NCBI GenBank assembly: GCA_049968235.1
Contig: JBMFRC010000012.1
Location: 1 to 64,000, forward strand
DNA: 64,000 bases
Source: Candidatus Hydrogenedens sp.
Lineage (GTDB): Bacteria; Hydrogenedentota; Hydrogenedentia; Hydrogenedentales; Hydrogenedentaceae
Direction: 5' to 3'
The position numbers were made by a program, and so were the translations under genes. Numbering within the stretch: position 1 is the stretch's first letter; every line of letters begins with the position of its first letter. This document shows positions 22,392 to 31,809 of this stretch, piece by piece. The notes below the pieces were generated by a model, which was given only the letters and a program-made list of their open reading frames with translations, had not been told where the DNA came from and searched no databases.

Positions 22392-24566
22392 TTATTTTTC
22401 TTTTCCAGGTTTGTATTCTTTCGTGATATGTTCTTTTAAATCATCAAAGTCCCAATGAACCGGTCTCATCTTTCGTTGAGCAAAAAGATATGACTGGTCT
22501 GCGTAATGGGGAGAATTTTCATCCTGTGTAGCAGTTCCGAATTGATGTAATGCCTGAGAATGAACTTTACCATCTTTATCCCATATTACTAGAAGAATGT
22601 AAGAATCTCCTGCCCTTCCTTCCAGATATTTACCTGTCCATTCTCCATATACGCAATATAATAAATCGGGTCCTCCACCCAAACCGATATTTACTTTACC
22701 CCGAACGAGACGGTTAAGCTCTTTCCACGGAACATCAACTTTGCCGTGTATTGAGTGAATTAAACGAATCTTTTCTTTAAATGTGACAAATAAATCAGGG
22801 ATAGGACGATTGAACATTTCTGCACGAACTACAGGTTCTAATGTTAATATGGCAATACCTGCAGATAAATTATCGGGGTCTGCTTTTAAGTCCCAATTTT
22901 TCAGAAGTTCTAATGCTTGTTGTTCAATATCATTTTCGGGCTGAAATTCATTTAATAATTTCTGAATATATTTTTTGGCTATTGAATTTGTAGAGTATGT
23001 CCAATCAAATTTATATTCATAAAATTCTTCTTTTGTTATAGAATCATCTCCTCCCAGAAGTTCTAATAATCGTAAAGCACGGTTCGTCATATGGTCCACT
23101 GGTTCAATTCCAAATGTTGGGGAATAGTCATTAGGGTTAGGGTTATCGGCACCTATGGTTGTCTGAAAAGGTGTAGAGTTACAATTCTGTATAAAACCGG
23201 ATTGAGGATTTTTTACTTGAGGTAATTTCTCAAGGGGCAAATATTCCGTCCAGAGCGTTTCAGATGTATCTCCCGGTAAATAGCCTTTCCAATCATATTT
23301 TTCAGAACGGATAGGTAAAAGGGCATTATATATATACCAGATATTTCCTTGATAGTCTGCATAACCAATATTGAAAGAGGGTATACCACGTATTTTCAAT
23401 GCTTCTTCAAATTCTCGAATATTTGTTGCTCTATTCATTCGATACCATTGTTCTACCTGTTTTATATTTTTATATCCTGCATAACGAAGTGCATAGACCC
23501 CGTGAGAACGGCGTATAGCAGGTCCGTATTTACAAAAAAGTATTTCTCGTGGGATTTTAATTATATATTTTTCAAAAATTTTAACGGGAATATAAATTAC
23601 CTTCCTTTCAAAGTTTTCCCACTGTCCATCGAAACGATACTGGCCCGCGTTATCAGGGTTGATAGTTAGTTCATAAACATCTACAAGGTCTGGCATATTA
23701 ACGGTATGTGCCCAACCTAAATACGGATTATGTCCATGAAGAATAACAGGAGCCCCGGGAAAAACTCCTCCTGTAATGTTCCATCCTTCTTCACTTTTAA
23801 GGCGTGCTTCGTACCATGCTACAGGACCTGTCCATGGTTGGTGTGAGTTTATATCTAAAAAGGTAAAGCCATCTGCACTCCGTTTGGGACTTACTGCAAA
23901 TGTATTAGAACCTAATGGAAAATTTTCAAGAATCCCTTTAATAATCATTGTTTCATCGTTTCTCCCTAACATTTTAGGTCGTGCAATTTGGGGCTTTTGT
24001 CGGGATTTAAAAAGAGGTTCGATATAACGGTTTAGTCCAAAAAAGAGAGGTGCTTTTAATACAAACCCCGCAACAATATCTTTACCGGTGGCTGGAAATA
24101 CATTCCAACAGATAACTTTGTCCAGATGAAGTCCTGCATAATGATTAACTCCTTCCGCATAAGCCTCACAAATATCTCGTACTTCAGGAGATAAATCTGT
24201 TTCATATTGTTTGTTTACAATGTCCCACACATTTAAGAATTCCAGCATATAATCAAAAATAAATCCATTAAATCCATTTACTATTCCACTTTTCCCTCGA
24301 ATTAAAATCTGTCCTTCCTGTACTGTTTTAAAATCGTCTTCACATTGAGCATATGCTAATCCATAGGCAACATCTATATCCCTTTTCCCATATATATGAG
24401 GAACACCCCATTCATCGCGATATATCGTAACATCGTATTTACCTTCGGAAGGGATGAGTTGTTCAAGAGGTGGGGGGGATGCTTTTTCAATTTTTTCACA
24501 ACCTGTGAATAAAATAAATAGAGTAAGAAAAATTGAAGATAATAAAAGAAAAAAAGGTCTGTTCAT
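22392..24566 (-). CDS. Penicillin-acylase-family Ntn-hydrolase lipoprotein (penicillin amidase / AHL-acylase-like)
   Basis: It has a signal peptide with an FTGC lipobox. The SNTFAV beta-subunit N-terminal nucleophile motif is present. The ~724 aa size fits the family. Confidence 0.75.
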   Translation of the reverse strand: MNRPFFLLLSSIFLTLFILFTGCEKIEKASPPPLEQLIPSEGKYDVTIYRDEWGVPHIYGKRDIDVAYGLAYAQCEDDFKTVQEGQILIRGKSGIVNGFNGFIFDYMLEFLNVWDIVNKQYETDLSPEVRDICEAYAEGVNHYAGLHLDKVICWNVFPATGKDIVAGFVLKAPLFFGLNRYIEPLFKSRQKPQIARPKMLGRNDETMIIKGILENFPLGSNTFAVSPKRSADGFTFLDINSHQPWTGPVAWYEARLKSEEGWNITGGVFPGAPVILHGHNPYLGWAHTVNMPDLVDVYELTINPDNAGQYRFDGQWENFERKVIYIPVKIFEKYIIKIPREILFCKYGPAIRRSHGVYALRYAGYKNIKQVEQWYRMNRATNIREFEEALKIRGIPSFNIGYADYQGNIWYIYNALLPIRSEKYDWKGYLPGDTSETLWTEYLPLEKLPQVKNPQSGFIQNCNSTPFQTTIGADNPNPNDYSPTFGIEPVDHMTNRALRLLELLGGDDSITKEEFYEYKFDWTYSTNSIAKKYIQKLLNEFQPENDIEQQALELLKNWDLKADPDNLSAGIAILTLEPVVRAEMFNRPIPDLFVTFKEKIRLIHSIHGKVDVPWKELNRLVRGKVNIGLGGGPDLLYCVYGEWTGKYLEGRAGDSYILLVIWDKDGKVHSQALHQFGTATQDENSPHYADQSYLFAQRKMRPVHWDFDDLKEHITKEYKPGKEK

Positions 24567-24662
24567 ACGGTCTCCTTTGTTAGTAAAATCCTAAAAACTC
24601 TGGTTAGTATGACAAAGAAAATATGTAAATAGTTTCAGAAGGTAGGAAGGAAAAGAGAAAAT

Positions 24663-25316
24663 TTATTTAATAGGAAAAATAGGAAACCAGATAGATAGTT
24701 TTTGTCGGGGAGACAAAAACGCCCCATTAAAATTTGCGTTTGTTATAATGGCACCTTCAAGGAGAGCATCTTTAAGAAAAGCATTAGAAAAGTTAGCACC
24801 GCTTAGATTTGCACCTCTCAAATCTACCTGTGAAAGGTTTGCCATGAAGAAATCTGATTCACCTAAATAGGCTTGCCGGAAACTACTTCTTGTTAGGTCA
24901 CAGCTTTTAAATATTGCCCTGTATAAATTTGCCCCGGAAAAGTCGAATTGTTTCATTATGCGATTTGAAAAATCTACTTCATTAAGAACGGTATGGGAGA
25001 AAATACATCCATCTAAGATGGTATCTATAAACTTTACCATTGTTAAATCTGCTTGAGAAAAATTAGTGTCTCTTATATCAGACTTTATAAAAGATGCAGA
25101 GTGTAAATACGCCTTCTGAAAATTGGCTTGTCTTAAATCTGTTTCGTTAAAAATACACTGTCGCAAATCGCACATCCTAAAATTTATGCCTGAAAGATTT
25201 TTTTTTGTAAAATGTAATCCACTTAAATCTGGAGAAATAGCCGGGTCTGATGCTCTCCATTGATTCCAAACTTGAATACCCGCCTCTAATATTTTTATAT
25301 GTTCTTTATATGCCAT
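24663..25316 (-). CDS. Pentapeptide-repeat protein
   Basis: A(D/N)LxxA-type 5-residue repeats run through residues 30-190. Confidence 0.85.
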   Translation of the reverse strand: MAYKEHIKILEAGIQVWNQWRASDPAISPDLSGLHFTKKNLSGINFRMCDLRQCIFNETDLRQANFQKAYLHSASFIKSDIRDTNFSQADLTMVKFIDTILDGCIFSHTVLNEVDFSNRIMKQFDFSGANLYRAIFKSCDLTRSSFRQAYLGESDFFMANLSQVDLRGANLSGANFSNAFLKDALLEGAIITNANFNGAFLSPRQKLSIWFPIFPIK

Positions 25317-25451
25317 TTGTTATTTCCAAAAAAAGATAAATAATTAATATGTAATATTATTCTTATAATAATATATTTGAACAGTATTTTTAAAATGGTT
25401 TATAAAAATAAATAATGTTTAACATACAGAAAGGATATTTTTTATAACTTT

Positions 25452-26561
25452 TTATTGCTGTATGTAATTTAGATGTTCAAATGATAATAAATTAGGGCGG
25501 GAAATGGATGTTATTAATGAGATTATTTGCTGTTCTTCTATTGATTTATGTATTCCTTCCATAATCTCTACGATATGTAACGCCAATTCACCTGTGGCAC
25601 AATAAGAGGAATTTGTTTGTAAAGCATGAGCCATATCGCTAATACCCAATCCTCTCATATTTGTAAAATAATTAAAACAGGTCGGGAATTCGGACCATTC
25701 TTTCTTAAACTGATTATAGAAAAGTATCTTTCCCCCAAATTGATTTGGGTCAGGAAGGGATAAAGAACCTGTTTCGCCATGTATCTCTATATATGGTAGA
25801 TGATGTGACCATGTATCAAAACTCATAATAAGTGAACAAATAACACCAGATTCAAAAGATAATATTGCATGAATATCCGTTAAAACTTCTACATGTATTT
25901 TTTGTCCATATTTTGGTGGGCTTGTAATTGTTCGCGTATTGAAATTTATTTTTCCCTTTGCAAAAACTGATTTTACAGGTCCTAATAAAAATACAAGCGA
26001 TGTTAAATAATATGGACCCATATCAAATAAAGGACCACCACCTCTTTGATAGTAAAATTCGGGAGAAGGGTGCCACGATTCATGCCCTCTGCACAGCATA
26101 AAAGCGGTTGCAGAAAGGGGAGACCCTATCCAATTATCATCAATAATTTTTCTTGCTGTTTGCCAACTTCCTCCTAAAAAGGTATCTGGAGCACAACCTA
26201 TAAACAAATGGTTCTTTTGGGCTGTTTTCAAAAGTAGTTGGGCTTGTTCAAAAGTAAGAGCAAGAGGTTTCTCGCTATATATATGTTTGCCCTGTTCTAA
26301 TGATTTTAAAGAAACATCGAAATGGGATGATGGATTGGTTAAATTAATAATTAATGGAATATCATTTGATTGGAGAATATCATCAACAGTATATACTTTA
26401 ATATTATATTTTATTCCTTTTTCTTCGGCTTTTTCTCTAATAGCATCAGCACAAGCAATTAAATTTAAATTGTCAAATCGCAATATATTCTCAATATATA
26501 ATTCAGATATATTCCCACAACCGATAATAGCACAATTTATGGGTTTTAATTGCTGTCCCAT
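25452..26561 (-). CDS. Gfo/Idh/MocA-family NAD(P)-dependent oxidoreductase
   Basis: The N-terminal Rossmann motif is AIIGCGNISELY. A C-terminal alpha/beta dimerisation domain is present. Confidence 0.8.
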   Translation of the reverse strand: MGQQLKPINCAIIGCGNISELYIENILRFDNLNLIACADAIREKAEEKGIKYNIKVYTVDDILQSNDIPLIINLTNPSSHFDVSLKSLEQGKHIYSEKPLALTFEQAQLLLKTAQKNHLFIGCAPDTFLGGSWQTARKIIDDNWIGSPLSATAFMLCRGHESWHPSPEFYYQRGGGPLFDMGPYYLTSLVFLLGPVKSVFAKGKINFNTRTITSPPKYGQKIHVEVLTDIHAILSFESGVICSLIMSFDTWSHHLPYIEIHGETGSLSLPDPNQFGGKILFYNQFKKEWSEFPTCFNYFTNMRGLGISDMAHALQTNSSYCATGELALHIVEIMEGIHKSIEEQQIISLITSISRPNLLSFEHLNYIQQ

Positions 26562-26582
26562 ATCTTTTACTTTCTTTATTAG

Positions 26583-27164
26583 TTACTTTTCACAAATATA
26601 AACATGGCATGGAGGGAAGTTTTTGAATATAAGAGGGGAACATGAATACTTGTTATTGAATTTTTTAGGAAGTTTGTATTTCAAAAACTTTTTCCCCGAA
26701 GGAACCCATGGACTAAAAAAATAAGCAAAAGTTAAAAACTTTCCTTTATCGCGAAGACATTCGTAGGTAGCATTTAGTAGTTTGTCCTGCAATTCATCCT
26801 CAAATCTTGTCCATGGTAAACCAGAGATAATTACATCACAGGAATCATATCCTGCCTCTTTTAAGTATTTCAATGTGTTTTCAGCGGAATCCTGAACAAC
26901 ATTAACATCTGGGCATCGCTCTTTCGTAGCCTTAGCGAAAACGGGATTAATTTCCATTGCAAGAAAATAAGCATCAGGTCGTTTTTTCTTTTGAATGTAT
27001 TCAGTAAAAATTCCTGTTCCAGGACCGAATTCAACAATTACTTTTGCATCTTCTAAGAATGCTAAGTCTGTTATACAATCTGCCAGAGCAGGACCACTGG
27101 GTGCTAATGCCCCAGTTGTCTTATTGGCTCTAAAAATCTCTCCTACAAAAGTCCAAAATGACAT
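26583..27164 (-). CDS. Class I SAM-dependent methyltransferase (small; phospholipid / rRNA-adenine-MTase-like)
   Basis: Motif I reads VIVEFGPGTGIFT. The 193-aa length fits a small class I methyltransferase. Confidence 0.55.
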   Translation of the reverse strand: MSFWTFVGEIFRANKTTGALAPSGPALADCITDLAFLEDAKVIVEFGPGTGIFTEYIQKKKRPDAYFLAMEINPVFAKATKERCPDVNVVQDSAENTLKYLKEAGYDSCDVIISGLPWTRFEDELQDKLLNATYECLRDKGKFLTFAYFFSPWVPSGKKFLKYKLPKKFNNKYSCSPLIFKNFPPCHVYICEK

Positions 27165-27266
27165 GGGTCCACCTTTCTTGTAAGTTTAAATTGTTTGGAA
27201 AAGTAAGATATAAAATTATAATAATTTTGAATTCCGTTTTCATAATTTTTTTCACTCTAAAAAAAC

Positions 27267-27295
27267 TTGATTTTTTTAAAGAAATATGGTAATAT
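27267..27295 (+). promoter_or_regulatory. Candidate sigma70 promoter, TTGATT - 17 nt - TGnTAATAT, for the dockerin/EF-hand gene pair
   Basis: The -35 element is at 27267-27272 and the extended -10 at 27287-27295. These lie about 20 nt upstream of a GAGGAAAG Shine-Dalgarno sequence and the ATG at 27312. Confidence 0.45.
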
Positions 27296-27311
27296 CATCT
27301 AGAGGAAAGTT

Positions 27312-27818
27312 ATGAATAAGAACGCATTAAAAAAATATTTGACTTTATCATTGATTGTTGGGGTATGCGCAGGGAGTTTTTATCCTTTACATCAAAAAAA
27401 TATGGATATAAATAAAGATGGGATTATAGATGTTTGTGATGTTCAACAGTTAGTATCCGCTATTATTTCAAATGATATAAATGTTCTCCCGGATATAAAT
27501 AATGATGGAAAGATAGATGTAAAAGATTTGCAAATCCTTATGAAAAATATGGGTAAGAAGCAAACAACAGGAAAATTAAAACCTGAAATACTTAGCAACA
27601 TCCCAAGAACAAATTATAATAACCAGCAATTAAAAAAGACATGGACATATAATTCTTTTATTAATTCCAATTTAATATGTGAAAGTAAAAAATTTGATGT
27701 TCTATCAAAAAGATTTGCACAAAATAGAGAGGATAGAGAAAGTATTGTTTCTTCAAAATTATATGGGGAAAAGTACCTCGCCTACCATATCAGTGCAAAA
27801 TCCCCTCCCAACAATTAA
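27312..27818 (+). CDS. Small secreted protein with a dockerin-type double Ca-binding segment
   Basis: It has a signal peptide. Two loops follow (DINKDGIIDVCDVQQLVSAI and DINNDGKIDVKDLQILMKNM) in the DxNxDGxIDxxD-hydrophobic pattern of type-I dockerins. Confidence 0.55.
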   Translation: MNKNALKKYLTLSLIVGVCAGSFYPLHQKNMDINKDGIIDVCDVQQLVSAIISNDINVLPDINNDGKIDVKDLQILMKNMGKKQTTGKLKPEILSNIPRTNYNNQQLKKTWTYNSFINSNLICESKKFDVLSKRFAQNREDRESIVSSKLYGEKYLAYHISAKSPPNN

Positions 27819-27892
27819 TATACATTTTTTATTGTAATATTTAGTTCGAAATAATTTAAAATAATAAATATAAATCATAAGGAGAACAAGAT

Positions 27893-30715
27893 ATGATTAG
27901 AACAACGCATAAAAGTATTATGGGGGTTGTGCTGTTAACCGTAACAATAGTATTTACCCCATTTATAAGTAGAGCAGTAGAACCATGTCCTCTACCGTCT
28001 GATAATAGTGCCTTATTAGATTTACTATGGCCTATGTTTGACTCCAATAAAGATGGAGGATTATCAAAGGGAGAATTGTCTGCAATTTATTCAGTTCCGG
28101 ATCAGTATTTTAATATGTTAGATACAAATAAAGATGGAAAAATTGACCGTATGGAGTTTCAGCCTATCCTTGCTCTATTGCAAGTATATTTGCCCGGTGG
28201 ACTTTTATCCCTTGTGGACGCTAACAGGAACCAACTTATTGAATTCCAGGAAGTATCCAGTTATGTAAATCAACAGCAGTTTCAATTGTTGGATAGGAAT
28301 GGGAATGGTGTTATAGATTGTGGTGATATTGGTGAATTGCCACCCGTGGAGGGTGAACCCGGTGTAGAAGGTGAAATTATTATAGAGGGTGAACCTCCTG
28401 TTCCCGAAACAGACCCTTGTGATTGGGTAGAGATGGCATTAAACGAATTTGTAAACCTTGACCAGAACAATGATGGTGTAATTACCCGTGATGAGTTGAA
28501 TTTCCCTATTATTATGATTTACCCCCCTATTGTCGATTTCGATGTGTTATTCCAAGAATTTGACCTGGATAGCAATGGTGCTATTACAAAAGCCGAATTA
28601 GAAGCATGGGCGGATATGTGTGATATTGATACAGGAAATAATGGTGAATGTCCACTACCTACAATGACACTTCAGTCAATATTAGAATTAGTCTTTCCAT
28701 ATATTGACCAGAATGGTGATGGAAAGTTAAGTCCTGATGAGGTAAGAAACATATACCCGGATGTGGATAATGCGTTAAGTCAGTATAATTTTACATTGGA
28801 ACAAATTTATTTCATAGTAGATGGAAATCATGACGGAGGAGTAACAATTAATGAATTAATGCCGATTTTGAGCATGTTAGCACCTCAAATAGGACTTGAC
28901 CCCAATAATGTTCTCTCTATAATTGATAAGAATGGAGACTTAATGATTAGTTATGAAGAAGTCTCCGAATATGTAACAGCAGAACAGTTCGCTTATGTAG
29001 ATTCCAATGGTAATGGTTATATAGATTGTAATGATTTGGACCAAATTGTCATTCCTCCATGGGAAGGCGAACTTCCTCCATGGGAAGGCGAACTTCCTCC
29101 ATGGGAAGGCGAACTTCCTCCATGGGAAGGTGAACTTCCTCCATGGGAAGGCGAAATGCCACCTATAAACTGGAATACTTGTGAATTAGGAGCAATTGCT
29201 CTTCAATATTTTGATATTCTTGATGTAAATTCTGATGGTGCTATCACATTGGAAGAGTTATTGTCTACTCCTGTGATTACCGTAATTCCACTACCTATTG
29301 ACCCTGCTATTGTAGGAAAAGTATTTGACATTTTTGATGTGAATGCGGATGGGAAAATCATCAAAGATGAGATTAAATCCATTATAGATGCCTGTCCAGA
29401 ACTTCCTCCGATAGAGGGAGAACCTCCTATACCTATAGAAGGTGAGTTTGAAATTCCAACGGACCCATGTGTAATTGCACCTCTTGCTCTTAAATACTTT
29501 GATTGGATTGACCGAAATAAAGATGGTCGTATTACTATGGATGAACTTACAGGTCCTGTAATTATGACAGTTTCATTACCGATAGATATTTCTGTAATAT
29601 CGGAAGTGTTCAGGAAATTTGACCTGAATGGAGATGAAGCCATCATTAAGGATGAAATAAAATCTGTATTAGATACATGTAGCGGAGGTCCCGTCGAAGG
29701 TGAACCGACAGATGAGGGAGAAATTGTAATATTCCCTGACCTATGGAATCCGTGTTCTCTGGCTTTTTATGCAATCCAAATGTTTAATACTATAGACCAG
29801 AATAAAGACGGGGTAATAGATATGAACGAGATAATAACCGCTATTACATCCGTCTATATGATGCCTATAGACCAAACATGGCTAACACGTATTTTAAGTA
29901 TGCTTGACCTTGATAATAATGGTGCGATTACTTTAAATGAATTGCAATCTATCAGTGAAAGATGTCAGTCACAATCTTCCGAAACAGGTGGTCCAGGACC
30001 CGGTCCAGGTGGTAATGAACCACCTACATCTTTGATTTTAGAACGAGCAGTTTCAGGAAACCGCAGATATTGGTCTGGACAAACATTGACAGTGATCCTG
30101 ACCATTAGAAATCCTATTCACTTAAATGTTTCTGCTTTAGGTTTGAAAGAAACACTCCCGACAGGGTGGGTATTACAATCTGTCGTGGAAACCAGCAATG
30201 CAGTTGTTGTTCCTTCTAATGGTGCAACAGGCACATTAGAATTTGCATGGATGGATATACCCCCATTCCCTGTTAAAGTTGTATATAATGTATCTGTTCC
30301 TAATGATGCCGATGGACAGGCTGTAATTAGTGGATATGTTCTCTACAGAACTGTCGATAGTGAAGAATTATCTTCTCCTGTCGTTGATACAGTCCTGTTA
30401 AAAGGCTGGTCACCTGATAGAGCCCACTCTGCTGATTCCAATCGTGATTGGTCCATATCTCTGACAGAAATGTTACGAGTAATACAAATGTTCAATTTCG
30501 GTGGTTATAGCTGTGATGACACCTCTGAAGATGGATTTGGACCTGGTGAAGGCAAGAATAGAAATTGTGTTCCTCATTCGGGAGATTATCAACCTCAGGA
30601 TTGGAAGTTTAATTTGTCCGAATTATTACGGCAAATTCAATTGTATAATGCACCTGGTAAAGGATATATTCTTCAGGAAGGAACAGAAGATGGTTTCGCT
30701 CCACTTCTAAACTAA
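27893..30715 (+). CDS. Large secreted modular Ca-binding protein. It has six Cys-bracketed EF-hand modules, acidic GE/P-rich linkers and a C-terminal beta-rich domain, then ends in two DW..(L/F)..L(R)xIQ.(F/Y)N repeats.
   Basis: It has a signal peptide. There are about sixteen canonical 12-residue EF loops (DxNxDGxIxxxE), for example DSNKDGGLSKGE, DTNKDGKIDRME, DQNGDGKLSPDE and DRNKDGRITMDE. Each module starts and ends with a Cys. The linkers read VEGEPGVEGEIIIEGEPP, PPWEGEL x5 and IEGEPPIPIEGE. Confidence 0.7.
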   Translation: MIRTTHKSIMGVVLLTVTIVFTPFISRAVEPCPLPSDNSALLDLLWPMFDSNKDGGLSKGELSAIYSVPDQYFNMLDTNKDGKIDRMEFQPILALLQVYLPGGLLSLVDANRNQLIEFQEVSSYVNQQQFQLLDRNGNGVIDCGDIGELPPVEGEPGVEGEIIIEGEPPVPETDPCDWVEMALNEFVNLDQNNDGVITRDELNFPIIMIYPPIVDFDVLFQEFDLDSNGAITKAELEAWADMCDIDTGNNGECPLPTMTLQSILELVFPYIDQNGDGKLSPDEVRNIYPDVDNALSQYNFTLEQIYFIVDGNHDGGVTINELMPILSMLAPQIGLDPNNVLSIIDKNGDLMISYEEVSEYVTAEQFAYVDSNGNGYIDCNDLDQIVIPPWEGELPPWEGELPPWEGELPPWEGELPPWEGEMPPINWNTCELGAIALQYFDILDVNSDGAITLEELLSTPVITVIPLPIDPAIVGKVFDIFDVNADGKIIKDEIKSIIDACPELPPIEGEPPIPIEGEFEIPTDPCVIAPLALKYFDWIDRNKDGRITMDELTGPVIMTVSLPIDISVISEVFRKFDLNGDEAIIKDEIKSVLDTCSGGPVEGEPTDEGEIVIFPDLWNPCSLAFYAIQMFNTIDQNKDGVIDMNEIITAITSVYMMPIDQTWLTRILSMLDLDNNGAITLNELQSISERCQSQSSETGGPGPGPGGNEPPTSLILERAVSGNRRYWSGQTLTVILTIRNPIHLNVSALGLKETLPTGWVLQSVVETSNAVVVPSNGATGTLEFAWMDIPPFPVKVVYNVSVPNDADGQAVISGYVLYRTVDSEELSSPVVDTVLLKGWSPDRAHSADSNRDWSISLTEMLRVIQMFNFGGYSCDDTSEDGFGPGEGKNRNCVPHSGDYQPQDWKFNLSELLRQIQLYNAPGKGYILQEGTEDGFAPLLN
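29054..29158 (+). repeat. 5 x 21-bp near-perfect in-frame tandem repeat (CCTCCATGGGAAGGCGAACTT), encoding (PPWEGEL)5
   Basis: Units 1-3 are identical. Unit 4 has one synonymous change (GGT). Unit 5 ends GAAATG. The repeat lies inside CDS 27893..30715. Confidence 0.9.
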
Positions 30716-30736
30716 TATATTAAAAAGGATATATTT

Positions 30737-30771
30737 GGGAGATAAGATTCATTTCTTATCTCCCTTTTTTA
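30737..30771. terminator. Bidirectional intrinsic terminator
   Basis: The stem GGGAGATAAGA / TCTTATCTCCC is 11 bp with a TTCATT loop. It is followed by TTTTTT, and the flanking genes are convergent. Confidence 0.8.
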
Positions 30772-31686
30772 TTAGTAGTATTGAAAAATAGGAATACCTT
30801 CAGGGTATATCTCTTTGGAGATGTAAATACCACACGCTCCTCCTGTTGAAAAAATGTGCCCCGAAACTTCTTTTATAGTTAATTCCCCCGATAAAAAAAC
30901 GCCATCTTTCTTGATATATGTCCTCAATATTCTTTCAAGAATAAGTGGAGTAAAGCCCGAAGAATAACATGTAAAAAGAATAAATAAAGGAGAACCCTTA
31001 CAAAGAAGCATTAAATCTTCAAATAAATGTGAGATATGTTGTTCTAATTTCCATATTTCGTTTTTAACACCTCTTCCAAAAGAAGGTGGGTCGAGAATAA
31101 ATCCATTATAAAATTTGCCTCTTTTAATTTCTCTACCAACAAATTTTTTTACATCATCTACTATCCATCTCACAGAGTTTTCGTTCAAATGGTTGAGGGT
31201 TAAATTCATTTTCGCCAATTCAACCATCCCTTTTGAAGAATCTACATGGCATACTTGAAAGCCTTTTTTGACACTTGCTATCGTTGAAAGACCTGTATAT
31301 GCAAAAAGGTTTAAAACATTTATTGTATCAGTGTTTTTTATTTTGAGATTTAACAATAAATTCCATAAACGAAGATGTTCCGGGAAAAAGCCAATATGTC
31401 CAAAACCTGTTATTTTTGCATACATATTAAAATCATGAATACAGATGGGGAATTGCTGAGGTATAAGAGTCTGATATTCCCAATGTCCTCCACCTTCATC
31501 TGACCGAACATATATAGCGCCTATTCCTTTTTTCCATAAATCCGGGAAACTTTTAGGATAACATGCTTCTGGTGCTGGACGAATAATCTTATATGGTCCT
31601 ATTTGTTCCAACTTAAGTCGTTCACCCGAATCTATTAAACGATAACAATTATTATTTTTAAAATTTCTCTCTATATCTTTTAACAT
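30772..31686 (-). CDS. Class I SAM-dependent methyltransferase, RlmI/YccW-like (DPPSF motif)
   Basis: Motif I reads LNLFAYTGLSTIA and motif IV reads ILDPPSFGRG. Confidence 0.6.
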   Translation of the reverse strand: MLKDIERNFKNNNCYRLIDSGERLKLEQIGPYKIIRPAPEACYPKSFPDLWKKGIGAIYVRSDEGGGHWEYQTLIPQQFPICIHDFNMYAKITGFGHIGFFPEHLRLWNLLLNLKIKNTDTINVLNLFAYTGLSTIASVKKGFQVCHVDSSKGMVELAKMNLTLNHLNENSVRWIVDDVKKFVGREIKRGKFYNGFILDPPSFGRGVKNEIWKLEQHISHLFEDLMLLCKGSPLFILFTCYSSGFTPLILERILRTYIKKDGVFLSGELTIKEVSGHIFSTGGACGIYISKEIYPEGIPIFQYY

Positions 31687-31809
31687 GGTCTTTTTTTTGT
31701 TAAAGTTTCACTACAAAATAGTTGAAAAAATACATAAGATATATTATACTATTTTCAGGATTAGGGTTGGGGAGAAATGTGTAAACTATATAACTGTTAA
31801 AGAAGGAGT

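Noticed and set aside
29054-29158. A 21-bp direct repeat array considered as a possible CRISPR or minisatellite regulatory element
   Set aside because: There are no spacers, the units are contiguous, and they stay in frame inside a CDS with the conserved translation PPWEGEL. It is a coding tandem repeat.
28282-29646. Minus-strand ORFs (62 and 147 aa) inside the EF-hand protein gene, rich in Ser/Gly/Pro
   Set aside because: They are the antisense of a GE/P-rich repetitive coding region, so repeat-driven open frames are expected.
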